A stretch of DNA of 64,000 bases, taken from Selaginella moellendorffii. Taxonomy: Eukaryota > Plantae > Lycopodiophyta. The DNA is taken from the NCBI RefSeq assembly GCF_000143415.4, contig NW_003314293.1:1136431-1200430 (forward strand), in the 5' to 3' direction. A program made the position numbers and the translations under genes. The notes below the pieces were generated by a model, which was not told where the DNA came from, ran no database searches, and saw nothing but the letters and a program-made list of their open reading frames with translations. Below, one piece after another: positions 13,117 through 24,660 of the stretch. Numbering within the stretch: the stretch's first letter is position 1; each line of letters starts with the position of its first letter.

Positions 13117-16100
13117 ATGGTAAGTCTTTTAATCCAAGTAGAAAATGGCATGAGGCCACATGCCATTCAGTAGCAACATTGGCATGCACCGATTGGGCTC
13201 TCGAGTGCAGTCCGGTTACAGATGGCGTGTAGCCTCATGCCATCTTAGGATGCAACCTCAAGACATCTGATGCAGTGGTGAATGGTGTGTGGCCTCACGT
13301 TATTTCCAGCTGCTAGTTTTTCATCTGTCAGCTCTAATTGTTGTGCATTTCTAAACAGGCGAGGAATTGCGTTCTTCTTCCAGCCACTGTCAATGTGGAT
13401 GCAAAGAAGGGGGAGGAGCTCACCAGTTGGACTTTTGGGATGGAAGGCGAGGATCTGAGGCTGTACAACACAGATGGTGGGAGAAAAGAATGCATGGGGA
13501 TCCTCATCCAAGTGACAGACACTCCATGCAGTTCCATGCAAGAATATGGACTGGCTCTTGTCGTAGAGACAGCGTCCGCCTTCAAGATCCACCTTGCACA
13601 TCCTAGCGGCTTCCCGGTGGGGGGCAGCGGCTATGAGGAATTCCTAGAGGGAGCTAGGGAGAGGTTGTCCAGGAGGCCCACAATTTCAAAGACGCTGCGG
13701 GTCTATGAAGATCACATGGAATCCACGGACCTCACCTACGGCGATGTTCAAAAACTATATTCCAACATTGAGCCGTTGAGAGTGACTCCAGTTCGCAAAG
13801 CAAAGGGGAAGGGGGTCGATCTGGAAACTACTTCGAAGCAGAAAAGGGTGGTCAAGCTCAAGCCGACGTCCGACTCTCCTGCTCCAAAAAAGAAGCTACT
13901 CGGTGATGCCATTGCCTCAGGTTCGAACACTACACCCACCAAAAAGAAGAGCCGCAAAGAGCAGAAAGAGCAAGAAGAGGTAGCAAAAATCGTCGCAGAT
14001 AATAGTACTTGTTACTATTCCAACAAAGTATATACAATCGACATGAGCCACATCGACATCCAAAGCAAATACAACCACAGGCTAGTATCTGATGAGTGGG
14101 TGGAGAAACTGAAGCAAAAGATGCTGGCAAGTCTAGTAACACCCGACATCGCAGACGTGATCCCCTACTACCGAACAATGAAGGGCGAGATGAGGTTTCC
14201 AGACTTGATCAATAGGAAGGTGTTGGACGATCAGAACATCCGGTTCTATGCTGTCTCCGGGCAGCATTCTAGCTTGGCGATGCAAGAGATAGTTGTGGAT
14301 ATTATGGTGGGCGAGGAGGTGAAGAAAGTCTTCAAGACAAGAGTTGTCTGTCTGATAAAAGGCAACTCGCCCCTCCGATCTATCATATACATCTCCCACG
14401 CGCAGAATGTCAAGCAAGAAACATGCTACAAATCGGGTCTGCACGAGAGATTGGCACGAACACGGAAGCTCTGGGTTCAACTGAAGAAGCCACAAAAACC
14501 AGGACAAGGACGTGCACTAGCAACTAGCGCCTGGCAGGTAAGCCTTGTTGCATGTGGCATAGCATGTGGCCTCACGCCATTTCCATTGCAGGAATTCTCG
14601 AGTCTTCTCTCGAAAACACTGGGGGTCAATGATACACTCAGTATCCATAACATTCTACTCGCGACAAAAGTTGTTTTTGACAAATGGGTAGATGTGCTGA
14701 GGAGGTACCATGACGGGGAGTTGCTAAACTCAATGGGTGTGGAGGACGGCCGGAAGCCCAATGATTTGAAGCTCAACGCCTTGCGTTTCTCGCGGTCTCT
14801 AGACAACGACGACCTTCTGACAGTGGCTAATGCTCTTCTACGTGGTGAGGTAGTCTTCAACAAGACCAAAATGACTCCCGGCCATATTATGACATACGAG
14901 GACTTGTGCACGACTCTGAGAGCTCGTGCGCTATTGAAGGATTGGATCTTCGAGCAAGTGGCCGTGGAGAGGGTGAGCATCGACACCACGCAAGAGATGA
15001 TGGAAGAGCTGGACTTGTCAAATGAAGACATCGACGAGTACGTGAAGGGGGCCCGCAAGTTCATCGATCTGCTACGGGATGCCACGAAAAGTAAAGCTGA
15101 GAAGTTGGATCAGTATCCAAATTTCATTAAGAGGGATGTTGACCACCGGCTTCAGAAACAGCTCGACCCCGCAGCAGAGGCCTATTGAGAACCTTACCGG
15201 GTATACGTGAATTCGGATGAGGATCAAAGGTGGAGGAGCATCGTTTCCCGCGGAGATGAGCAGGTCAAGAATATCTTTTTGTGTGATGGACTTCACAAAC
15301 GAGGAGATCACTCATGCAGACGAAGTCAGCTCCATCATTAACTTAATGGTGGGACTTGCGGAGGTGGAATCTTTAGTCCACTATATGATCTACGACTCCG
15401 AATCCTATCACAAGTTCTGGAAGGCCTTGAACGAGGTGAAGGCTCGGTTGAAAGGCAAGGAGATGTAGGAGATCCATGGGATAATGGCTAAGAAGAAGAT
15501 ACCGACGAATGTCCGCATCTTCACACTCGCCCTTGTTATTGGTCCTGCAGCAGAGTGGGACTGGAGTGACTTCCCAGCTTCGTTCGACAAGGCCAATCGA
15601 ATTGATCTGAGGGAGGCCAATTTACCCGTGCCTGAGGAACTGAAGACGGCTATGGAGCTTTCGAATCCAGAGAAAGCTCCAGGTGCAGCATGGGAAATGC
15701 TCAGCTTGGTCTTCAACGCAATAGCGGGTGGGTCACCTGCTTCCAACTCCAAGGGCAAATGCGTTGTCGAGTACAACTGCGGCGGACTATTCTTTCGAGC
15801 CGCACTACTCAAGGGTGTCCCGTGTGTTGCGGTGACAAACTCTATTGAAGAGGTGACTTCAATGGAGCATATAATTACAGTTGCCAAAGAAAAATAGTAT
15901 CTTCTCTGCGAACCTGGTGAGTACGCACTTTAAGTTTAAATGTTATCTCACAAGCTCTGTATGCAGGAGCGTGGCCACCCCCAGATGCTGAAACGGCGTT
16001 AATAGCTTCTGTTGAAGATACCTATGTTGGGCCGAGCTCACAACCTGCACAAGGTAAGGTCACGTGAGGCCTCACGCCATTTTGATTTTAGATCGTTGTG

Positions 16101-19100
16101 AATATTCAGACACGAGGACTGAAAAGCACACTGGGCGCGTCGAAGAAGGACAAACAGACAAGCAATAGGAAAAAAGGAGGTACAAATTATATTTGCAATG
16201 GCGTGTGGTCTCATGCCATTCCTTGCAGGAGACACTTTTTCAAAGGCAAAACAAACAAGCACCAGCCAAGTACAACGGACGAGAGGTACCAATCATTTTT
16301 GTTATACGTGAATTCTTATGCCATTGCTTCTTGCAGCTCAAATTCCAAAGAGACTAGGGCAAGCAGCGCAGACCTCACGACAAGAACCTGAAGGTTTGAT
16401 GGCGTGTGGCCCCACGCAATTAACTAATGTTCTTGCAGATCGCGTTGAGGAAATCGAACGGAACAACGTGCCTCCAGTGGAGGAGGGGGAGGCCTCGGAG
16501 AGTGATAAGGAGAGTTCCGAAACAGGTACGATCATGACATATGGCCCCATGCACTTATCTAAGTTTGTATTTCAGGGGAACGAGTTGAACCAATGGAAAA
16601 CTTTATGAAAGGTAACTTAAAAATATTATGGGATGTTGCATGTGTTGATGCAATAATATACAGTTCAAGTGCCGAGGAGACGTCGTGAACCTCGAATTAG
16701 GCTACCTGCAAAACAGCTTTCAGACACTGTAGACAAAGAGATGGACAACCGACCAGGGCAGAGGAGGAAGGGTAAAAGCATTTGTGTGCTTATCGCGTAT
16801 GTCCTCATGCTATTTCTGTAGAACGGGCGCATAAGAAACGAAAGCGAAAGGGAATTGAGGAGCAGGCACCTGAGGATGCGGAAGGCACGACAGAGCCTCC
16901 AAGGATGGGAAGTAAAGCGTCATGGTTATTGCGTGGGTCCTCATGCCATTTCTTGCAGATCAAGCTCAAACTGACAGTGGTCATAAAAAGCAAAAGCACG
17001 TTGGACAGTCGTCGGGATCAGAGGCGTTTGATTCGAAAAGGAAGAAGGGCAATGAAAAGATGATAGGTAATGCCTCACGGTTATGGCATGTGTGCTCATG
17101 CCATTCATTGTAGATCAAGGGCTGAGTGAAAGCAGCCAGTCACCACCTCCTGACTCAGATTCCTATGGCGGACTCCCCTTCCCCAATCTCAATGGAGAGG
17201 TACAATGGATGAGGGATGCTTTTCAAGTCAGGGCCACGTTTTTCTCATCTCGTCATCTTCGAAGGGTGCAAGAACGTGCAGAAACCATGTTAAGATAGTC
17301 GGGTGAGGATATGGTCCTAAGTCACGCACTCAAACAGGCTATGGATGTCTTGTATTTTGAGATGGAGACTCGGCGAGATGATTTTCCCAAGATGGTCCTA
17401 GAAGAACAAGCCATCCAGCCTGAGCAGCCTATGGAAGAAATGCAGGAGGGGGATGAGGAGCCAGAGAAAGATAATGAGCAGGAAGAGCAGAAGGACGAAG
17501 AGGAGGACAAAGAAGAGGAGGACGAAGAAGAGGAGGACGAAGAGGACTTGGATGGTCCTCACAATGGTAACGATCACAATAATGACGACGACGATGATAA
17601 CGACGATGGCCAGCTTGAGGTGGCCAAAGAGCAGCGGAGGAAGGTCATACAAAACAAACCATCAGGTAAATAATAGTACATCCATTCCTAACCTTTTACC
17701 ATTTCTAACATTGTCCATGTAGGTCGCAGAGCAAATGGTAAGTAGAGATTATTCAGTTGAATTAAGATACAAACTCTAGCCTTTAGTGTCGAGGAAGGAT
17801 AGTGCCAAGCAAGGGTCGAAACGTATGTCCAATCCTTCAGAATTAGCAGTGCGCCCAAGTGATATCGGTCTTAGTTCCTCAATAGCAGTTGATGGTAAAT
17901 ACAGTATAGTCGATTCAATGTGCTAATGAGTTTGTTTTTAGTAGCATGGGAGGATACCATCTCAATCGAAGGGAGATATTTGGACATGCATATGGATCCG
18001 CCAGTGGACTCTACTTGCCTGCAAGAGTCATCAGAGCTGGTGGAGGCTACTATCCATATCAATGCCAAGCAAGCTGACCACGCTCCACTTGATGCTGCCC
18101 ATGCCACTGAGTCAATCTTGTCCACGTATCCAACAGACGGTGACCAGGCGCCATTGGACCCGCATGAGGCCGCCCCAGCCGTCGAGCCGGTCGTATCCTC
18201 ATTTCCAACGGACTCAACGTGTGCCCAATCGTCTGACTACGCGCCGTTGGAACCTCCCTACACCGCCCCTGCTGCCTGTTCGGTCATGTCCACTTTGCCA
18301 ACGGAGGCACCAGCTGAAATGGCGTGTGATCACACGCCATCGGAACCACCCCATGCCACTGTTGAGCCAGTTGTACCAGAGTCTACAGCTGAAATGGCAT
18401 GTGCCCACAGATGCGATTGACCCCACATTGCAGAGGAGAGTATTTCTGCCCTTCACGTTTTCTCAACCAAAACCCTCTCAACGACCATCGGGAGCACCAT
18501 TCGCTAATATTGTAGATGGTAAAATTGACTTGTACCATTTTTTATGCTGACGCATTTCATTTCAGAGTCACGGCGAAGGTACTGTATCGTTTTTTATCTG
18601 AACGGTGTCCTTTTCTCCCATGAGCGTGGCTCGTCCTCGAATGTCACTGCACCCTCCAAAGCCTGCGGTCGCAAGTTGGTCAAAAGAGACAGATTCACAT
18701 TAATCACACGGGAGAAACTGCGGGATCTAATAATGACCATGCGACACTTAAAACAGAGGGCCGGGTTCAATTTGCAATTGGGAGTTTGGACATCCATGAT
18801 GCGCCACAATGCATTAACGTTGCTACAGATGATGCACGATTAGACGCGAGTAATATTACCATTTGACTTTCTCCTAACGCAGGAGGATTGCTTGACTATG
18901 GTCCATGTAAGGGGTAGCAAGCCCATCTTCGTCAAGCCAGAGGCTGTAGTGATGAACCGGACTGCTAGGTCAAGTGAAATCCTCATCATCGATGACTCGC
19001 CGATTAAAACTGCAGCGAACACGCACACATATGCAGTGCACCCCATCTCTTGCAGTATGGAAACTAGGGAGAAGAAACCGTATGTTTTGGGGGACCTTGC

Positions 19101-19428
19101 AAAACGGCTTGAAGCGATGGTGATAGAGAACCGGCTAGTCCAGGAGGTGGCTGCAGAAATCAACCAAATGGCAGATGGAACGATATATCAGAAGCCATTT
19201 GATCGGACAGACACCAGTCATCATTTATGGCATGTATATTGTCTAGCCAAGCACTATCCGCATCTCCATAATCTGCTCAACCGGATGGGTTCTTCGACCA
19301 CTGAACATGAGCGTGGACGTATTAGAGAAGAGATGGCATTACTATTGGGTTTAAATCCTGATAGTGTGGAGAGTGATGAAATTCCAAGATTATTGTATAG
19401 GTGTTGGAGGCAAAAAATAACAGTCTGA
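13117..19428 (+). pseudogene. Transposon cargo gene, copy 1: ParB-like + degenerate N6/N4 DNA-methyltransferase fold + low-complexity linker + FCP1/HAD-like domain; 17 exons, ~1,776 aa reconstructed
   Basis: Predicted GT-AG introns: 13120-13358, 14538-14591, 15917-15966, 16054-16109, 16180-16228, 16286-16336, 16394-16438, 16526-16575, 16612-16663, 16772-16821, 16912-16958, 17067-17113, 17666-17722, 17738-17786, 17895-17941, 18519-18565. Motifs: FYAVSGQHS; PEKAP...GKCVVEYNCGG..FRAALLKG; LGVWTS; IIDDSPIK. Stops at 15186, 15466, 15895, 17296 and 18841 are sense codons in copy 2. Confidence 0.75.
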
Positions 19429-20991
19429 GATGGCATGTATTTATTTAAAAATGTAACTTATTATGGCATGGGGTTCCATGCCATTGTATTAATATTAAAA
19501 GATAATTCTTTGAGAGGATTTGCATTATACTAGAAGTGTTACAGCATGTTATTGGAAGTCTACGAAATTGTTTTATTAATAAGGGGAAAGTAAAGATTGA
19601 ATGGGGACTTGGGCTCCACCTAGACTCGGAGCAACTGAGCCAATATTAAAAGGATGGAAAGAAATTGGACGACGATGACAAGGAGAAGAGAGAGGTGAAG
19701 TAGTGGCAGGGGGAGGAGAAGTGATTGAGTAGACATTTCCTTGTTTAAAATAAAATGGCATGTGCCTCAATGCAATTGAATTTTGTTATATTTATATACT
19801 ATATAAAGGTTTGGAAACCTTATTTTACAAGTGGGATAATGACAATTCCCATTTTAACGAAATAGAGCTTTTTTGACATTTTGGTTGGGGATACACTACA
19901 TTTTCACGAGTGCTTATCATCCACAATCAAACAGTCTGGTGGGACGGCTCATTTGGACATTCAAAGGGATGATTGTGAAGTATGTGAACTTTCAGCATTC
20001 GAATTGGGATGGTTATTTGCCGTCTCTTCGGTGTGCATATGTCACAGGGGTGCTGAGTTCTATTGGTGTTTCACTATATAAACTCCTATATGGTCATGAT
20101 GCAATATTACTAACGGAGCTGGGTTTACCTTTGCAATTGCCACAAGCCGTCAATGCTAGGTCATGGGATCAGTATTTGATGAGCATTCTTCCAATTGTCC
20201 TAGTAGAGTCTGCCAAACATTTAGGCCGCATACAAGTGGGACAACAACGGCGCTACAACTCCCATCATCGTCCACCTATGGAGTACAAAGTGGATGATTT
20301 AGTGTTAATCCATTTTCCGCATCTTATGGTACGTGGTTTATCTAAGGGGCTCCTTGCGTAGTGGAAAGGACTGTATCGGGTGTTGCGGCAAGTTGGACCA
20401 CAAGTTTATGAGGTTTGGCATGATGTTCAGTAAGTCGATCCTCCAGAGATTGTGCATGTGCAGCAGTTGAAACGCTTCATACAAAGGGATTAGGAGCAGT
20501 TAATACCACCTACAAATCCACCAATGCCTCCTCTTGACGTTCTTCCACCTATCTACAAGAGAACCTTGATGGTCTTCCATTATTCCAAGAGGAGGGGATG
20601 ATGTGAGGGCCAAGTGTATGGCTACGATGTTGTATACTAATATTAGCGTAGTGGGATTCTGGTAGCCGTTGGATTAGTTTCAATTCGGACCACTCGCTTT
20701 TGTATATAAGCTAGGGTTTTTGGGCTAATTGATATATATATTTTCTGTATTCCCTTTCCATATTCCAAGCACTCAAAAAGGAAAGTGTTGAGTTGAACAT
20801 TAATATTATTTATATCCATAATAAATTAAAAACTATTGTTAATTTTATTTTTATATTCAAAAGTATTTTTTATTTCATTTAAACATGTACTGTGAGTGCT
20901 CAGGATATAGAAATAGGTATATTAACTAGGGTTTAAACCTAGATAAAGTCCTAAATGGATAATCCATATGCTATAATACTATAATTAGCAT

Positions 20992-21158
20992 TATGAGGTC
21001 TAAGTATACAGCTACGATGCCATATATTAATATTAGTATAGTGAAATTTTGGTAGCCATCAGATTGGTTTCAATCTGGCCCACTTGCTCCTGTATATAAA
21101 CTAGGGTTTTTGGGCTAAATATTTTCTATATTTCCTTTCCATATTCCATGCACTCACA
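20992..21158 (+). mobile_element. Solo LTR (167 bp) related to the gypsy LTR at 20602
   Basis: Termini TATGAG...CTCACA (first G mutated relative to TGTGAG), flanked by GCAT at 20988-20991 and 21159-21162. Similar to 20602-20777. Confidence 0.7.
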
Positions 21159-21179
21159 GCATATTATTTAGGCAAAGTA

Positions 21180-21186
<7 letters not shown>

Positions 21187-21217
<31 letters not shown>
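21187..21217. repeat. (TA)n microsatellite
   Basis: Run of ta dinucleotides. Confidence 0.95.
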
Positions 21218-21220
<3 letters not shown>

Positions 21221-21519
21221 CAGACCTTACACCACTCTGCCAAATGAAAAAATGATGACTATAAGTTAGGTGGAACATTTAAAGCTTTTGTTGGGCGATT
21301 ATAAACTGTGAGACACAAATCCCTAAGCCCTAAAATGGAACCGAAAGGGCACCACGTAGTAGTGGCTGAAGCAGAAACCAAACAAATGTAACACATTTGG
21401 ACTAAAAGCTCCGACTTGAAAAGTCAAAATTGGGAGTGGTTCTCCTAATAAAGTGCTCGAGGAATAAGCACAAAGTGGGTAATAAGTGAGTCTTTAGAAA
21501 AGAGACACAAGGGGACTTA

Positions 21520-21760
21520 AGATGGAGTCCGAGATAGACCAGAGATGGAGTTTGAGATGGACCTAAGATGGAATTCGAGATGGAGTCCGAGATGGAGTTC
21601 AAGATGGACCCAACATGGAGTTCAAGATAAACCCGAGAACGAAACCGAGACCGAGACTGGGACCGAGACCAAGATCGAGTCCAAAATGGAGACCAAGTCC
21701 AAGAACAAGTCTGAGTCTGAGTCTGAGTCCAAGTCTGAGTTTGAGTTTGAGTTTGAATAC
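21520..21760 (+). repeat. Degenerate hexamer tandem repeat (GAGATG/GAGTCC/GAGACC/GAGTTT)
   Basis: 6/12-nt periodicity is visible and explains the ORFs at 21545 and 21402. Confidence 0.8.
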
Positions 21761-21769
21761 TAATACAGA

Positions 21770-23420
21770 CTAGGGGTGAAAGCCCAAGGCAATCGTCTCC
21801 CGGGGGGCACGGGGGGGGGGGACTACAAAGGGTTCCAAAAGTATAATAGGGAGAGTGTGGGGGTTAGACTCCAGTGGAATTAGTTTGGCCAAGAAAGGCC
21901 AGTATGACCAAGGAAGACTATACCCATGTGTTAGGTGATGATATATTTACTGAGGACTCCAAAGCTAAAGTGAGTACAGACAAACAAACGGGGTAGTTTA
22001 GTGAAGTGTTTAAGAGCCAGCTCTATCTCCCTTGGGAGATTGAATGGTCGATGCTCCCAATCCATGTATGAGTGGCATCACCTACTTGGATACCTGACAT
22101 GGCTCATCAAAACTTCACTTTACCCAATGGCTAGGGCACCCAAAGGCAAAAGGCAGAGAGAGTACCCATGAGGTTTGCATAAGGCCACGGTGTTTCGAAA
22201 TATTGTCCTAAAGTCCTGAACTATAGAAAGGAAAAAAAGCAATCCTCTAGTGTAGAGATTAAAGATACAGTCACATAGTGAGGAAGTCCTAAAGGTTAGT
22301 GGGACATAGTGGTTGGGCCTGTGGGCCTTGACCCAATAGTAGTGTTGGCAAACACGGTTGTGGACAAAAAGGGATTTGGTGGGGATTGAATCTTGATGAA
22401 TTAGTTGCAACTTCATATGTAGCTACCAAATGCTTAAAGCAACCTTGAAGCCATAACTTTGAAAGACTTTAAGAAACATTATAGTCCATGCAATGCCATT
22501 GCAATAAATGATACATTTTGCCTTTAAGTTTGCTTGCTGATAATCCTTTGATATAACTCTTAACTCAGACTTATGACCATAAGCAAATCTGTCTTTGTAT
22601 CTTCCTTTCGGTCAATATTTAAAATCTATATTAACTTAGACTAATGACCTTCATCCTTGTCTAGCATTGCATATGGGAGGTTGAATTCACTCCATTTTTC
22701 CTCTATATTTTCTTGATCCACTTTTTGAAGGAAAGAAAGTTCTAAAGCACAAACTTCATTCAAACTTGCTATATTCATCTTCACTATGCCATTTATGTTT
22801 GGCTTTACTCCACTATTGCATCCATTCGACTTCATTATGTTGGGGCTAGATATTCTATTCAGACTTGTTATGCTTATCCTCACTCAACAATCCATGTCAT
22901 TTATCCTCATTCCACTATTGTATTTGTTCATCCTCACTCCATCATTGGGGCTAGACTTCTATCTGTCCCCTTTACGGTTGTCGCAAATGTGATTGCAAGT
23001 ATTGAAAGTTATCTATCAGCTAATCCTTTCAAATATTCTTTCTTTACTGCCATGACAGCAGGAGGTCGGTATTGCTAGACTCTTTATCAATCTCCATCTA
23101 AGCTAGTTGAGAAATTGGTCATTACATGTGCATATATGTGGGGGGTTTCAACTGTATAGTAAGGATAGTGGGTAGGTCAAGCATGGCTGATCAACTAAAA
23201 ATATAGTCTAGCTTCTACTTGCGTGCCTATCCTTGTTTTATGTCCAGCTTGGGTCTAAGCCCAAGTTTTATACTATAATAGTTGATGGAGTACTTATATC
23301 CTTGCGTTAGGCCACTGGTATGCTGAAATAGTACCAAACTTCATTTGGCTCTATTTTGTGTACTGGTTCTAACATTGGGATGTTGGATGCTCTATTGGTC
23401 AGTGGCCCTAGCGGCCACCG
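21770..23420 (+). mobile_element. Fragments of the long-LTR retroelement family and related LTRs
   Basis: ggggtgaaagcccaa...poly-G (21773) matches 46639. tactgccatgacagcaggaggtcggtatt...ggccactggtatgctgaaatag (23046-23330) matches 39239, 47280 and 46861. Confidence 0.65.
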
Positions 23421-23711
23421 AAGTGCCTGAGATTGCTGGCTTGAGTTCGACCTCAAGCACTTTAGGGGCCGAAAGGACTAAGGTTATTTGAATAACCTCC
23501 CCCCTGGCAGCCAAAGTGCCCGAGGTGGAGTTTGGGCCCACTTGATATTTTTTTTATTTCTCTTTAATTGTTTGAATTTTTTATTATCTTTATTTAGTTT
23601 GACTAACAAAATTTCTTCTTTTGCAAAAGAAGAAAATTGTACCACCTAAAAAGGTGGTTAGAGCCAAGAAGACACAAGAAGTTCAATTAGGCATTGGTGA
23701 CGAAATTACGA

Positions 23712-24660
23712 TTGATATGTCCATTGGCACATCAATAAAGACACAATATCTTAGAGATCCACCGCCTCCACCACCATCACCTCTACCATCACCACCTCCA
23801 CCACCACCAGCACCACCTCCACCACCGCCATCACCACCACCACCACCACCACCACCACCACCACCACTACCACCACCATTGCCATCACCACCGCCACTGC
23901 CACCATTGCCACCACCACTGCCACCATTGCCACCACCACTGCCACTATTGCCTCCACCCCCGCTACCACCACCACCACCCCCACCATCACTATTGCCACC
24001 TTCACTGGCCCACCATCAGCACAAATCCCTGAAGTTGGGCAATCTAGCAGTGTTCACGATAGAGAACTTAAGGAACAGCTTAAAGTTGAAAGAGTTGTAG
24101 ATCTTCTTGACAACGTAGTGGACAAGCACTTCCAAGAGACTACTATGTGGACAAGGGAAAAAGCAATTCACTAAACACTTGAAGCGCTCAAGTGGCCAAG
24201 CCCTTGTGACTTGATTAGAGAAATCCCCCTTTGCTGTTTGCAATAGACGAACCGCCACTGCACAGCATCCAAATATGTCAACCCAAACATATACAACTTG
24301 TTCAAACAAAATGGCATTGCAATGAATATTAGTATGTTTCTAGTCTCTTCTTGCAAGCTAGGAACAATAGAGGTCATTATTGTCACATCTGAGATTGTGA
24401 ATAGCTAGGATTCTATTTGGAGGAGGAAGTCCCTGGAATTTGTCCTAGTGGTGGGCTAGTGAAGGTGGCAGTGGTGATGGTGGGGGTGGTGGAGGCAATA
24501 GTGGCAGTGGTGGTGGCAATGGTGGCAGTGGTGGTGGCGATGGCAATGTGGTGGTGGTGGTGATGCCAGTGGTGGAGGTGGTGATGGTGGAGGCAATGGT
24601 GGTGGAAGTGGTGGATCTCTAAACAATTGTGTTTTTGTTGATGTGCCAATAGACATATCC
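23712..24660. repeat. Inverted repeat of a (CCA)n proline-coding segment: ~23712-24010 versus ~24452-24660
   Basis: gatatgtccattggcacatcaa...agagatccacc on the plus strand recurs as reverse complement at ~24610-24659, each followed by CCA tracts. Confidence 0.8.

Larger units (their letters stand above)
6200..19780. promoter_or_regulatory. Dispersed 22-bp palindrome ATGGCRTG-N6-CAYGCCAT (putative protein-binding site), about 25-30 copies in copy 1
   Basis: Perfect example ATGGCATGAGGCCTCATGCCAT at 10181-10202. Others start at 7352, 7498, 8840, 9905, 10011, 11695, 13145, 13222, 13282, 14559, 16198, 16399, 16792, 16928, 17083, 18319 and 19463. The repeat is directly seen; the regulatory role is inferred. 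Confidence 0.7.
5986..19870 (-). mobile_element. Large Sola1-like TIR DNA transposon, copy 1 (13,885 bp)
   Basis: TIR AAGCTCTATTTCGTTAAAGTGGGA at 5986-6009, with its inverse (1 mismatch) ending at 19870. 4-bp TSD TTTT at 5982-5985 and 19871-19874. Removing it restores the integrase frame. Collinear with the reverse complement of 25360-38502. Confidence 0.9.
3238..20777 (+). mobile_element. Degenerate Ty3/gypsy LTR retrotransposon, split by the DNA transposon at 5986-19870
   Basis: Protease remnant (DLILGMDWL), RT (KPDGSIRFC, MPFGLNNAPATFQ, FIDDILI), RNase H (DASDIGLGGVL, EKECLAVVW) and integrase (GHIG...YWPEM; TSAYHPQSN after the insertion). PPT aagaggaggggatga at 20587-20601 precedes the 3' LTR TGTGAG... 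at 20602-~20777. A truncated LTR-like start sits at 3238. Many stops and frameshifts. Confidence 0.9.

Noticed and set aside
12702-13232. Protein-coding ORFs in the GC-rich CTCGCA-like repeat region
   Set aside because: Low-complexity sequence with indels between the copies. It is more likely promoter or 5' UTR of the cargo gene, though a coding upstream exon cannot be excluded.
13338-15897. Bacterial or phage contamination (ParB + methylase)
   Set aside because: The gene has spliceosomal introns, sits inside a TIR element nested in plant retroelements, and shows plant-type methylation decay.
18519-18565. Programmed frameshift at the T6 run between the Pro/Ala-rich ORF and the HAD ORF
   Set aside because: A 47-nt GT-AG intron with a GCTGAC branch-like site restores the frame in both copies.
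23621-24100. Extensin/formin gene
   Set aside because: No signal peptide, regular SP4/Tyr repeats or FH2 domain. It is a CCA tract within a decayed gene.
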